A DNA stretch of 60,431 nucleotides, from positions 1 through 60,431 of the forward strand of contig RDOE01000010.1 in the NCBI GenBank assembly GCA_011364975.1, written 5' to 3'. The position numbers and the translations under genes were made by a program. Each line of letters opens with the position of its first letter. Positions within the stretch are counted from its first letter, which is position 1. Shown one piece after another: positions 39,724-48,707 of the stretch. Source of the stretch: Promethearchaeota archaeon (GTDB lineage: Archaea > Asgardarchaeota > Lokiarchaeia > Sigyniarchaeales > SOKP01). The notes below the pieces were generated by a model. It was not told where the DNA came from. It saw only the letters and a list, made by a program, of their open reading frames with translations, and did no database searches.

Positions 39724-40902
39724 TTAATATAAAATCAAGGAATCTCCTTCTAATTTTCCATTGATCTGATTTTCTTCTAATAATTCTGCCAAAACATCAT
39801 TAAAATGTTCTGATAGATTCAGTACTATTGATTTGGGAATACTATCTTTAATATCATTTATTTTAATTTGGCTTCTGCCTTGATTAGCGTACAGATATTT
39901 GAAAATCATGCTTTTAGATTTTTCTTTGTTCATTTCTGCTTCAGATTTCCTTTTCAGTTCCATTATTTCTGTTTCCTTTAAACCTCCCACTTTACCTTCA
40001 TGAGTTAGTTTTCCATCTCTCATATGAAACACTCGGGTAGCAAATTCCGAAACTGCAGCATCATGACTTACGGCTATGAAGGTAGCACCCCGCTTATTTA
40101 AATCTCTTAATAGATTTAATATCATTACTCCCGTTTTACTATCTAGATCTCCGGTAGGTTCATCTAGAACACAGATTGCAGGATCATTAGCAAATGCTCT
40201 AGCTATGGCAACTCTCTGTTGTTCCCCACCACTTAATTCAGAAGGTGAATGATGAGCTCTCTCTTCTAACCCTACTAAGGATAACAAATCTAATGCTTTT
40301 TTTCTTTTACCTCTTCGGCTTAATTTTCCTGAAAAGTGTAGTGGAACCATAATATTTTCAATTGCAGTCATCTGAGGTAGTAAATTATAAAATTGAAATA
40401 CAAACCCTATTCTTTCTCTCCTTATTTCTGCTAATGCGTTATCGTTAAGCATAGAAATATTTTTTCCTTCTAGAAAAATCTTCCCTCGCGTAGGTGTATC
40501 TAATCCACCAATTAGATTTAATAAGGTTGTTTTACCAGAACCGGATGGTCCCATAATATCAACAAAATCTCCCTTATCGATTGTTAAATCAACACCTCTC
40601 AGAGCAGCAACAGCAGTGGTTCCTAATAAGTACGTTTTATGCAGGTTCTCTGCAACAATTAAATGATCATAATCCTTTCCCACTTCCTTATCTTCTTTCA
40701 TTTCTTTTTTTAATTCTTGTTTTTCTCTGCGGGAATATGAAAGGATATCTGCTTTTTGTTTTTTTATTTCCTCTTTTTTCTTTTTATCCTGCCATTTTTT
40801 GAAGTCTTTATTTACTTTCCCTTTCCAGATCGCTAGTTTTCCGGTTTCTTCTTCGTATTCTTCCATTTCGGGTGTTTTTTTTGGAATACGTGTTTCAGCC
40901 AT
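39724..40902 (-). CDS. LolD/MacB-family ABC ATPase with N- and C-terminal extensions
   Basis: GPSGSGKTT, GFVFQFYNL, LSGGEQQRVAIARA, DEPTGDLD, H-loop SHD. Confidence 0.93.
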   Translation of the reverse strand: MAETRIPKKTPEMEEYEEETGKLAIWKGKVNKDFKKWQDKKKKEEIKKQKADILSYSRREKQELKKEMKEDKEVGKDYDHLIVAENLHKTYLLGTTAVAALRGVDLTIDKGDFVDIMGPSGSGKTTLLNLIGGLDTPTRGKIFLEGKNISMLNDNALAEIRRERIGFVFQFYNLLPQMTAIENIMVPLHFSGKLSRRGKRKKALDLLSLVGLEERAHHSPSELSGGEQQRVAIARAFANDPAICVLDEPTGDLDSKTGVMILNLLRDLNKRGATFIAVSHDAAVSEFATRVFHMRDGKLTHEGKVGGLKETEIMELKRKSEAEMNKEKSKSMIFKYLYANQGRSQIKINDIKDSIPKSIVLNLSEHFNDVLAELLEENQINGKLEGDSLILY

Positions 40903-41029
40903 TTTTAATAACCAAATTATTATAGATTAAAAAATCTAAAATATTTACTCCGTATAAGATATAATATTCAAATGCATATATTTTAATACTCTTGGATTAA
41001 TGAATAGTTACTATATTTTAAACATTCAT

Positions 41030-41047
41030 GTTCTAATTAATTAGAAC
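41030..41047. promoter_or_regulatory. Perfect 18-bp palindrome, candidate operator of the ABC/subtilase operon
   Basis: GTTCTAATTAATTAGAAC equals its own reverse complement; lies about 130 bp upstream of the ATPase start. Confidence 0.4.
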
Positions 41048-41146
41048 TTTAATCTTCTTCTCATTAGGCGTTGGGAATTAGAGAAAAATTAGACTAAGTT
41101 AAATTATCTCCATATTTTATCATCAATGTCAATAATACTCCAAAAA

Positions 41147-41872
41147 TTATTTAGTAGTCTTAAGATATTCTAAAATTTGTGCACTAAGCTCCTTCTCAGC
41201 TTCCTTTTTAGTTTTATATTCTTTCGATTTGAGATAAATTGGTAAATTAAGGATAAGGTTTCCTTTATTATCGAAAATCTTTGGATTTTTGGCTACCCAG
41301 AGAGAGTCATTATCTGGCCCAAATTTCTCATAATCATATTCTATTTTAGGAGTAAACTTAAATTTTTCTTGTAAAAATTCTAATAGTTGATTTTTAAGAA
41401 GATGAGGTGATTCCTTTAAATAAATCTCCCAATCATTAAAGAATCGATTGATTATCTTTTGCTCTATAACTTCAATATTTTTACCAGAATCAAGATATAT
41501 TGCCCCACATACTGCCTCAAAGACATCAGCAATAATAGAAGTATCTTTTATTTTTTGGTTGATTGAAGGAAAAATAAAATTTGGTAAACCCATTTCATTT
41601 CCGATTCGTATAAAGGTAGTATTATCTTCTAAACGCTGCTTTATTTGCGTTAATTTACCAGGATCATTCTCACCCAGTAAATAGATTTTAAGGCTAAAAA
41701 TTAATTTTATAACAGCATCTCCTAACGTTTCTAAAATTTCATAATGGGGGATGCCTTTCTCATTACCATAATGGGGAGTTACTAATGCTTGATATAATAA
41801 TTTTGGTTCATTGAATTCATAATCGATATACTTTTGAAATTGTTTCAATCTTTTAATGACTGCAAGTTCCAT
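41147..41872 (-). CDS. rnc: Ribonuclease III (RIII domain plus dsRBD-like C-terminus)
   Basis: E.LETLGDAV and ADVFEA..GAIYLDSG signatures; KN.L.E.LQ...KTKKEAE dsRBD motifs. Confidence 0.85.
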   Translation of the reverse strand: MELAVIKRLKQFQKYIDYEFNEPKLLYQALVTPHYGNEKGIPHYEILETLGDAVIKLIFSLKIYLLGENDPGKLTQIKQRLEDNTTFIRIGNEMGLPNFIFPSINQKIKDTSIIADVFEAVCGAIYLDSGKNIEVIEQKIINRFFNDWEIYLKESPHLLKNQLLEFLQEKFKFTPKIEYDYEKFGPDNDSLWVAKNPKIFDNKGNLILNLPIYLKSKEYKTKKEAEKELSAQILEYLKTTK

Positions 41873-41927
41873 AAAAATAAAATATGTAAAGAAAAATTTA
41901 AAAATTTAGAGATTTCTAGTTAATTAT

Positions 41928-42359
41928 ATGAAAATGGAGGATATAGATAAAGTTATATCTCTAATTACGAATAATAAAATCACGAATGATAACATCAATA
42001 ATCTGATCTCTACTTTAGATGTTCCTACTCGAAATGATATGCTTAAAGATATTACATCTCAGATACTCCAAAGTAATCAGTATCTTAGTGATTTCGGAAC
42101 CTCAAATGAATTAATCCTTGATACAGATAAGGTCACAACTGAACCAAATTCTATTGAATCATTATTTGATAACTTAATTATAAATATTCAAAAAAACCCA
42201 ATAAAGAAGGTTATTTTCTTAAAACTTTTTCTTGATAGGTTTCATGAAATCACTGAACAAGACAAAAATGTAATTATCCAATCAGTTAAAGATGAAGCAC
42301 CAGAAAATATTAAAGAAAAATTGATATCTTTGGTAAAGGTATTCAAACTCGAGATTTAA
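41928..42359 (+). CDS. Hypothetical alpha-helical protein
   Basis: 143-aa ORF with normal codon pattern; no motif recognised. Confidence 0.6.
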   Translation: MKMEDIDKVISLITNNKITNDNINNLISTLDVPTRNDMLKDITSQILQSNQYLSDFGTSNELILDTDKVTTEPNSIESLFDNLIINIQKNPIKKVIFLKLFLDRFHEITEQDKNVIIQSVKDEAPENIKEKLISLVKVFKLEI

Positions 42360-42389
42360 AAAAAGATTTCATTAAAAATGTTTTTCATC

Positions 42390-42785
42390 CTAATATTTAA
42401 AGAGTTGTAGTAACACTAATACATTTTTAATACTTTTTATCTTAATCCGAAAAGTCAAAATCTTCCATATAATAGAACCCATTGATAAATTTTCTCCACC
42501 TAATAAATCAACAAAAGTTTGGGTTTTAGTTTCAAGTAATCCATCCCATCCAACTACCTCCTTTTTTATATTAGACTTAGGTTCATTTTCTATACCTTCT
42601 ACATAAATTTTCCCATGCTCTATTACTAATAAAGCCGCATATTTTCCATCTTTCGCATTAAGTAAAATCTTAAGTTCTTTATCCTTAAAATCTTGCTTAA
42701 ATTTTTCAATCGTGTTAAGTGGTTCGACTTGTTGTGCTACTATCTTAGCAAAACCTTTCAACCTAACTTTTTTCTCTTCAATCAT
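42390..42785 (-). CDS. SCP2 (sterol carrier protein 2)-like lipid-binding protein
   Basis: D..L......F..LL.G.......IL...IKIK pattern typical of the SCP2 fold. Confidence 0.55.
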   Translation of the reverse strand: MIEEKKVRLKGFAKIVAQQVEPLNTIEKFKQDFKDKELKILLNAKDGKYAALLVIEHGKIYVEGIENEPKSNIKKEVVGWDGLLETKTQTFVDLLGGENLSMGSIIWKILTFRIKIKSIKNVLVLLQLFKY

Positions 42786-42959
42786 TTTATCTTTTCTCGT
42801 TTTATATTCAATTTATTAAATTTTAAACACGAATAACCATAATTTGATCTTAATTTAATATCAAATTTTAAGATTATTTTATTTCTGAAGAAATCCTTCA
42901 TTAAAACAAGGGTGAATAAATGAACTAATCGTAAAGCTTTTAGATCGTTCGAAATAATG

Positions 42960-43208
42960 CTAATAATCAGCTTCAGATAAATCAAATAAGTCTTCGTAAG
43001 CCTTACGATCCTGATCAGAGATTCTTTCTTCTCTTAAAGTCTCTTTAACTATGATCGGGGCTGATTCTTTTTCATCATGCTTGATGGTTTTGACAATTTT
43101 ATATTCATCAGTCTTTGGGTTCAGTTCGAATTCTTTTTCGCAAGCTTTACAGTATAATTTCTTATTCTTTGGTATCAATATATTGTCACACTCTGGGCAG
43201 AATTTCAT
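42960..43208 (-). CDS. TFS/RpoM-like Zn-ribbon protein lacking the C-terminal ribbon
   Basis: MKFCPECDNILIP...LYCKAC N-terminal ribbon; GGTGA SD upstream of ATG 43208; acidic C-terminus with no second CxxC. Confidence 0.75.
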   Translation of the reverse strand: MKFCPECDNILIPKNKKLYCKACEKEFELNPKTDEYKIVKTIKHDEKESAPIIVKETLREERISDQDRKAYEDLFDLSEADY

Positions 43209-43517
43209 TTTTCCCGTAATCACCTTTTTAGACTTATAAATTTTACGATTTTGTTCATTTCTTTATATCAGAAATATTGAAAATAATTAAAACTTATAAA
43301 TTTAACGTAGTTCGATAATTATTGTCTTGTTAGAATATATAAATTTTCATATTACATTATCTTAGTATTAATAAAATTTTGATTAAATTATATAAACCTA
43401 TAACGCATTTTGATTATTTTCCAGTATTTTAATAAATGATTCTAAGTAAAAAGTTATTTAATATTCACTAACTTATAAAATATAGAGAGTAGTATGTCTT
43501 ATAAGAGGATTTAGGTA

Positions 43518-44258
43518 ATGAAACATAATATCATGATTTTCGGTCATAGAGGAGCGAGTAGTATCGCACCCGAAAATACGTTAAAAGCGTTTAAAAAGGC
43601 TATTGATTTAGGTGCCGATTTTATAGAATTTGACTTACAGGAAGCATCAGATGGGAATCTAGTAATTACCCATGATAAAGATATCCAAAGGATTACAGGA
43701 AAAAAGGGATTTATTAAGGAAATGACTCTTAAAGAGTTAAAACAATTAGATTTTGGTGACGGTGAGAAGATTCCTACATTAACTGAACTTGTAGAAATAA
43801 CTAAGGGAAAAATTGGTTTGAATTGTGAAATTATAGTGCCTAATATAGCAAAAAAAGCAATAGAAATCTTTAGGAAATATTCTATGATTGATTCAGTAAT
43901 TTTAAGTTCTTTTCTTCATGATGAATTGTTAAAAGTTCAAAAACTGGAACCCAGTTTAAAATTAGCTTCATTAGAACCTACTGATAGTAAAATAAGGTTA
44001 GATTGGAACATGAAAAAAGGAATGATTCAATTTTGCATTGATAATGATTTATTTGCGATAAATCCATTTGTAATGATGGTGGATGAAGCATTTGTAAATT
44101 ATGCACACAAAAATAATATAAAAGTATTTCCTTGGACCGTTGATTCCAAATTATTAATAAAGAAATTAATTAAGTTGGGTGTAGATGGTATAATTACTGA
44201 TGATATTATGCTCACCAAAGAAATATTTAAGAATAAATATTATTCTAAAAATAAATAA
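43518..44258 (+). CDS. Glycerophosphodiester phosphodiesterase (UgpQ-like)
   Basis: GHRGA...APENT, IEFD, HD, IPTL, SSF, WTVD, GVDGIITD. Confidence 0.93.
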   Translation: MKHNIMIFGHRGASSIAPENTLKAFKKAIDLGADFIEFDLQEASDGNLVITHDKDIQRITGKKGFIKEMTLKELKQLDFGDGEKIPTLTELVEITKGKIGLNCEIIVPNIAKKAIEIFRKYSMIDSVILSSFLHDELLKVQKLEPSLKLASLEPTDSKIRLDWNMKKGMIQFCIDNDLFAINPFVMMVDEAFVNYAHKNNIKVFPWTVDSKLLIKKLIKLGVDGIITDDIMLTKEIFKNKYYSKNK

Positions 44259-44278
44259 ATAAAAAAAAGTTACTTCGC

Positions 44279-45001
44279 ATGAAACAGGATCATTTTCTAG
44301 TAATTTCCCATAAAGGTGCCGGAGAGTATGCTCCCGAGAATACACTAAAAGCAATTCAGAAAGCAATCGATTTAGGTGCAGAATTTGTCGAATTCGACAT
44401 CCATAAAACTAAAGATAATAAAATTGTACTAATTCACGATGCTGATACGTATAAAACTACAGGAAAGCACGGAATTATTAAAAATATGACTCTCTCAGAA
44501 ATAAAAAAGCTTGATGCTGGAGAGGGAGAGAAAATTCCAACACTACAAGAAGTAATTACAGTAGCTAAAAACAAAATTAATCTACAAATAGAAATTAAAG
44601 CAGAAGGTTTAATAAACAATTTAGTCCAACTATTACATCAAGAAAATCTTATTGAATCTTCTATTATTAGCAGTTTTTCATTAAGTGAGTTAATTAAATT
44701 AAGAAAGAAAGAACCTAAATTAAGAATTGGTTATCTCTTACCCGAAAAAATGCAAAATGTACGATTTATTAAAAGAAATATATTAAAAGCAACAAAAAAT
44801 CATTTTTATGCCATTCACCCCCATTTTAGTATTGTTAGTAAAGAAATTGTAGAATATTCTCAAAATAACAACTTAACGGTAAATGTATGGACCGTTAATG
44901 ATGAAAAAACTATGAAGAAATTGATTAATTTAGGAGTTAATGGTATTATTACAGATGAAATTGAGGTACTTAAAAACTGTTTAAGAAGTATCTCTCGATA
45001 A
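44279..45001 (+). CDS. Glycerophosphodiester phosphodiesterase (tandem paralogue)
   Basis: SHKGA...APENT, VEFD, HD, EIK, WTVN, GVNGIITD. Confidence 0.93.
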   Translation: MKQDHFLVISHKGAGEYAPENTLKAIQKAIDLGAEFVEFDIHKTKDNKIVLIHDADTYKTTGKHGIIKNMTLSEIKKLDAGEGEKIPTLQEVITVAKNKINLQIEIKAEGLINNLVQLLHQENLIESSIISSFSLSELIKLRKKEPKLRIGYLLPEKMQNVRFIKRNILKATKNHFYAIHPHFSIVSKEIVEYSQNNNLTVNVWTVNDEKTMKKLINLGVNGIITDEIEVLKNCLRSISR

Positions 45002-45064
45002 AATATTTTAGTTATTTTTAATTAATCTATCTTATATTTTGGATTTAACTTATTTAAGTTCATT

Positions 45065-46558
45065 ATGTCGCTAAAAAATGACCAAAAAATAGATTGGGAT
45101 GCCCTTTTTTATCCTAATGCCCTTGGCATTATAGGAGCAAGTTATGATCCTGCGGGAGGAGGATTTTTCGCTAGAGCCATGAAAGATAAATTTCGGGGAG
45201 AAATCTATTTATTTAATCCCAAACTTGCGGGTAAAAAGCTTTTTGACTTAAAAGTTTATAGTTCTATTTTAGATGTATCAGAACCAATCGATTATGTAAT
45301 ATTAGCAGTACCTGCTAGGCTAGTACCAAATTTGTTAGAGGAAGTGGGACAAAAACATGTTCCTTTTTGTACTATATTTTCATCTGGTTTCAGAGAAGTT
45401 GGAAATGAAGATTTAGAAAAAAAAACGTTAGAAGTTGCACGAAAATATAATATTAGATTAATTGGACCAAATTGCATAGGTGTCTATAACCCAAAAGCGG
45501 GATTATATTTTGCTTTTGAACAATCTAGAAAAGCAGGCAATTTTGGAGGCATTTTTCAATCCGGAGGTTTAGCGCAAAATGTAGCTCAACTTGCAGTTTC
45601 TTATGGTCTTTATATCTCTAAATTCATATCTATAGGGAATTCTTTAGATTTATCCCCAGCAGACTTCTTAAATTATTTCCAAACAGATGAATATACAAAA
45701 ATTATAGGAATATATATTGAAAATTTGCGTTCTGTTTCCCAGGGAAGAAGATTTATGATGAAAGTTAAAGAATGCAATCTCAATCGAAAACCAGTAATAT
45801 TATGGCGAGCGGGTTATGGTGAAGCTACAAAAAAAGCAATTATGTCTCATACTGGGGGTCTTGCTGGAAATAACAAGATTTGGAGTGCAGTTGGGAAACA
45901 AACGGGTAGTCCTGTAGTAAATAATTCAAATGAATTAGCAGCACTAGCATCTGCATTTAACTTAACTCACTTACCTGAAACGAGAAATGTAGGAGTTATT
46001 GGTATCGGAGGTGGATCTACAATCGAAGCAATTGATATTCTCGAGAAATACAACCTTAAAATTCCCGCGTTATCCGAAAAGATCATTAATAAGATGATGA
46101 GGTTCATACCAGATGTTAATACAAACGTAACTAATCCTATTGATTTAGGGGGAATGGGAATTCAACCAAATATCTATTATCGGACAATCTTGGCTTTAGA
46201 TACAGATCCAAATATTTCCTCAATACTATTTATAAAGGATCCAGAACGCTTTGGAGGATTCGAAAGTATACTTGAAGAATTAGGTTATAGTGGTCTTGAT
46301 TTAAATAGAGAGTTTATTAGATATATATCAAAAGCAAAAAGTGTTTGCACCAAACCAATGTATTGTGTAATGCTCAAAATAAATGAAGGTTTTGAAGAAT
46401 ATAAAAGTAGGTATAAATTTAAATTAAAGTTATTGAACCGAAATGTTCCGGTTTTTGAATCTTTAGACTTAGCAGGGTCCATTTTAGATAAAGTAAATTC
46501 CTATAGAGAATTTCTCCAAAAACATGGAAAATATCCAAAATTAGAACAATCATTTTAA
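45065..46558 (+). CDS. NDP-forming acyl-CoA synthetase alpha subunit-like (CoA-binding plus ligase domains)
   Basis: IIGAS, SSGF.E.G, IGPNC.G, QSGG, S.GN..D, SHTG phospho-His, NPID; no ATP-grasp domain. Confidence 0.88.
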   Translation: MSLKNDQKIDWDALFYPNALGIIGASYDPAGGGFFARAMKDKFRGEIYLFNPKLAGKKLFDLKVYSSILDVSEPIDYVILAVPARLVPNLLEEVGQKHVPFCTIFSSGFREVGNEDLEKKTLEVARKYNIRLIGPNCIGVYNPKAGLYFAFEQSRKAGNFGGIFQSGGLAQNVAQLAVSYGLYISKFISIGNSLDLSPADFLNYFQTDEYTKIIGIYIENLRSVSQGRRFMMKVKECNLNRKPVILWRAGYGEATKKAIMSHTGGLAGNNKIWSAVGKQTGSPVVNNSNELAALASAFNLTHLPETRNVGVIGIGGGSTIEAIDILEKYNLKIPALSEKIINKMMRFIPDVNTNVTNPIDLGGMGIQPNIYYRTILALDTDPNISSILFIKDPERFGGFESILEELGYSGLDLNREFIRYISKAKSVCTKPMYCVMLKINEGFEEYKSRYKFKLKLLNRNVPVFESLDLAGSILDKVNSYREFLQKHGKYPKLEQSF

Positions 46559-46562
46559 ATTT

Positions 46563-47366
46563 TTAATTCTTTAAATGTGAAATTTCAATGGGTTTACCTG
46601 GACTCCCTTGATAATAATACTTATCTGGCTTTCCTCTCCAATTCTTATGAAGAACTGTGTTAGGGAATATAACGTTTTTATTTGTTGTGAGAGCATTAGG
46701 ACCCGCAATAATTCCAGGATAAAAAGTGGTTTCTTTACCAAGTTTGATCTCCATAATTGAAATTTTGCCAAAAATAGTATTCACAGCATGGCTAGATAAT
46801 GCAGAAGTTGGGTAAATAAAAACATTATCACCTAAATCAGTGAATTCTAATCCGACATAAGAGTCACAATAGATTACATTCTTTCCAATTTTGTTATGAC
46901 TTATTCTTTTTAAGGTTCGATTGACTAGCCATGGAAATGGTGATTTAGACGTTAACCACATAGGATACTTTATAATAAAACCTCGTTTATGGTAATACTT
47001 TATCATTTTCCCCTCATCACTTTTTTTATCATCTAAAACTCGTCTGAATACTCCCTCTATTGGTGGAGATTTTTTGTTCCAATTACGTACCCACCTTGCT
47101 GAAAACTCAATTAATAATATTAAATAGAGGTAATAAAGAAATAATAGAAATATGGGTATGAGAAGAATATGAAAAATTAAAGGAATTGATAAAAAATTAA
47201 TAAAACCATATTCAAATAATAAAAATATTCCAAGACAAATGTATAATGGCACTAAAAAGCTTACAAAATTAATTTTAAAAAAATCTAAGGCGGGGAGTTC
47301 AACAACTTGCTCTTGTTTTTTATCAAACTCAGTTTTGGTTAAAGTTGCAATATCACTCTTATCCAT
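46563..47366 (-). CDS. Membrane-anchored left-handed beta-helix (acyltransferase-like) protein
   Basis: Two TM helices, KIGKNV / DLGDNV / KLGKET hexapeptides, YY.GSP end. Confidence 0.6.
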   Translation of the reverse strand: MDKSDIATLTKTEFDKKQEQVVELPALDFFKINFVSFLVPLYICLGIFLLFEYGFINFLSIPLIFHILLIPIFLLFLYYLYLILLIEFSARWVRNWNKKSPPIEGVFRRVLDDKKSDEGKMIKYYHKRGFIIKYPMWLTSKSPFPWLVNRTLKRISHNKIGKNVIYCDSYVGLEFTDLGDNVFIYPTSALSSHAVNTIFGKISIMEIKLGKETTFYPGIIAGPNALTTNKNVIFPNTVLHKNWRGKPDKYYYQGSPGKPIEISHLKN

Positions 47367-47398
47367 ACTAATATTAGTTATAATAAATTATAAAAACT

Positions 47399-48667
47399 TT
47401 AAGCAAGCATTTTCTCCTCTATTTTACCAATATGATCTAATTTATAGATATCGGTAAAAATCCAGACCAAAATTGTCATTAATATTCCCAATATAATAAA
47501 AAGCAAATATAGATTATAGATCCCAATGATTGTAGCCAAAATTCCTGAAATAATCGACCCTAACGGCATAAAAGCAAAAGTAAGGGCATGATCTATTGAA
47601 ACTATACGTCCAACCTTATCATGCGGTACAGAACTCTGTAAAATTGTCATGTAATTGTTGATAATAAAACTAAATGAAATCCCTTGAATAAATAACCCGA
47701 TACCCATTATAATAAAAAATCTATAGGGAGCAAATAATAAAAACGAATATCCAATAAATATTCCAATTGTAGAGGACATTATTATTATTGTTTTGTGATT
47801 CCAATTTTTTTTAAGTGAATTAATAAATCCACCTAAAAGATTTGCAATAGATATAAACGATCCTACAAACGCTAATTCAAGAGCAATTCCATCATGAATA
47901 TTATAGATAAAAAAAGGTAATAGTTCAGTAAAGGGACGTATTAGAAAATTTGCCAAAGTTGCTAATAAAATTAAACTAAGTAGTCCAGGAACAGTCTTTA
48001 ATGTCATTAAACCTATTTTAAACTCTTTAAAAAATGAAGTATTTTCTCTTTCTAAATGTGTTTTTTTTATAGAGGGTATTGATATGAATAATATGGGTAT
48101 CAATGCTATGAAAAATGTAAATATATCAATCAATAAAATCGGTTTTATTTGTTGTTGAAAAAGTTCAAATAAGGATCCACCTAAGATTGGTCCCACAAGA
48201 AAAATTAAACTCGAGGATAGAGAATTCAATCCATTCACTCTTGTTAATCTATTTTTAGGGACCATTGAAGGAACAATCGCATGATATGTTGGTACATGAA
48301 ATGCCTGAAGTACACTACGGATAGTATTAACAAATAATACAACCCAGATATTCGTGATATTGAGCCAAAATATTATAAAAAGAATAAAAGTTACTAATGC
48401 TTGTGTAGCATCAATACCTATTATTATCAATTTCCTATTCAATCTATCTGAAAGAACCCCTGCAATAGGTGCAAATATAATCTGAGGTATAAAGTAAAGA
48501 ACAGATGCCATGGAAAGGATAATTGGATTATTAGTTTCTATCGTAATCCACCAAGTAATTACAAAAAAAACTAAAGATGACCCTAATAAGGAAAATTGCT
48601 GACCAATTAAAAAATAATAAAAATTTTTATATGTCTTTTTTGTGGCTAATTCCATCATCTTAGTCAA
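47399..48667 (-). CDS. MFS transporter (MefA/DHA3 macrolide-efflux-like)
   Basis: GQQFSLLGS, P.AGVLSDR.NRK motif A, about 12 TM. Confidence 0.9.
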   Translation of the reverse strand: MTKMMELATKKTYKNFYYFLIGQQFSLLGSSLVFFVITWWITIETNNPIILSMASVLYFIPQIIFAPIAGVLSDRLNRKLIIIGIDATQALVTFILFIIFWLNITNIWVVLFVNTIRSVLQAFHVPTYHAIVPSMVPKNRLTRVNGLNSLSSSLIFLVGPILGGSLFELFQQQIKPILLIDIFTFFIALIPILFISIPSIKKTHLERENTSFFKEFKIGLMTLKTVPGLLSLILLATLANFLIRPFTELLPFFIYNIHDGIALELAFVGSFISIANLLGGFINSLKKNWNHKTIIIMSSTIGIFIGYSFLLFAPYRFFIIMGIGLFIQGISFSFIINNYMTILQSSVPHDKVGRIVSIDHALTFAFMPLGSIISGILATIIGIYNLYLLFIILGILMTILVWIFTDIYKLDHIGKIEEKMLA

Positions 48668-48707
48668 AAACTCGATTTATAGATTTGAAAATAAGAATGT
48701 GGAAAAG

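Noticed and set aside
42782-42985. 67-aa ORF between the SCP2-like and TFS-like genes
   Set aside because: It overlaps both neighbours, has low-complexity AT-driven composition and no motif; cannot be supported.
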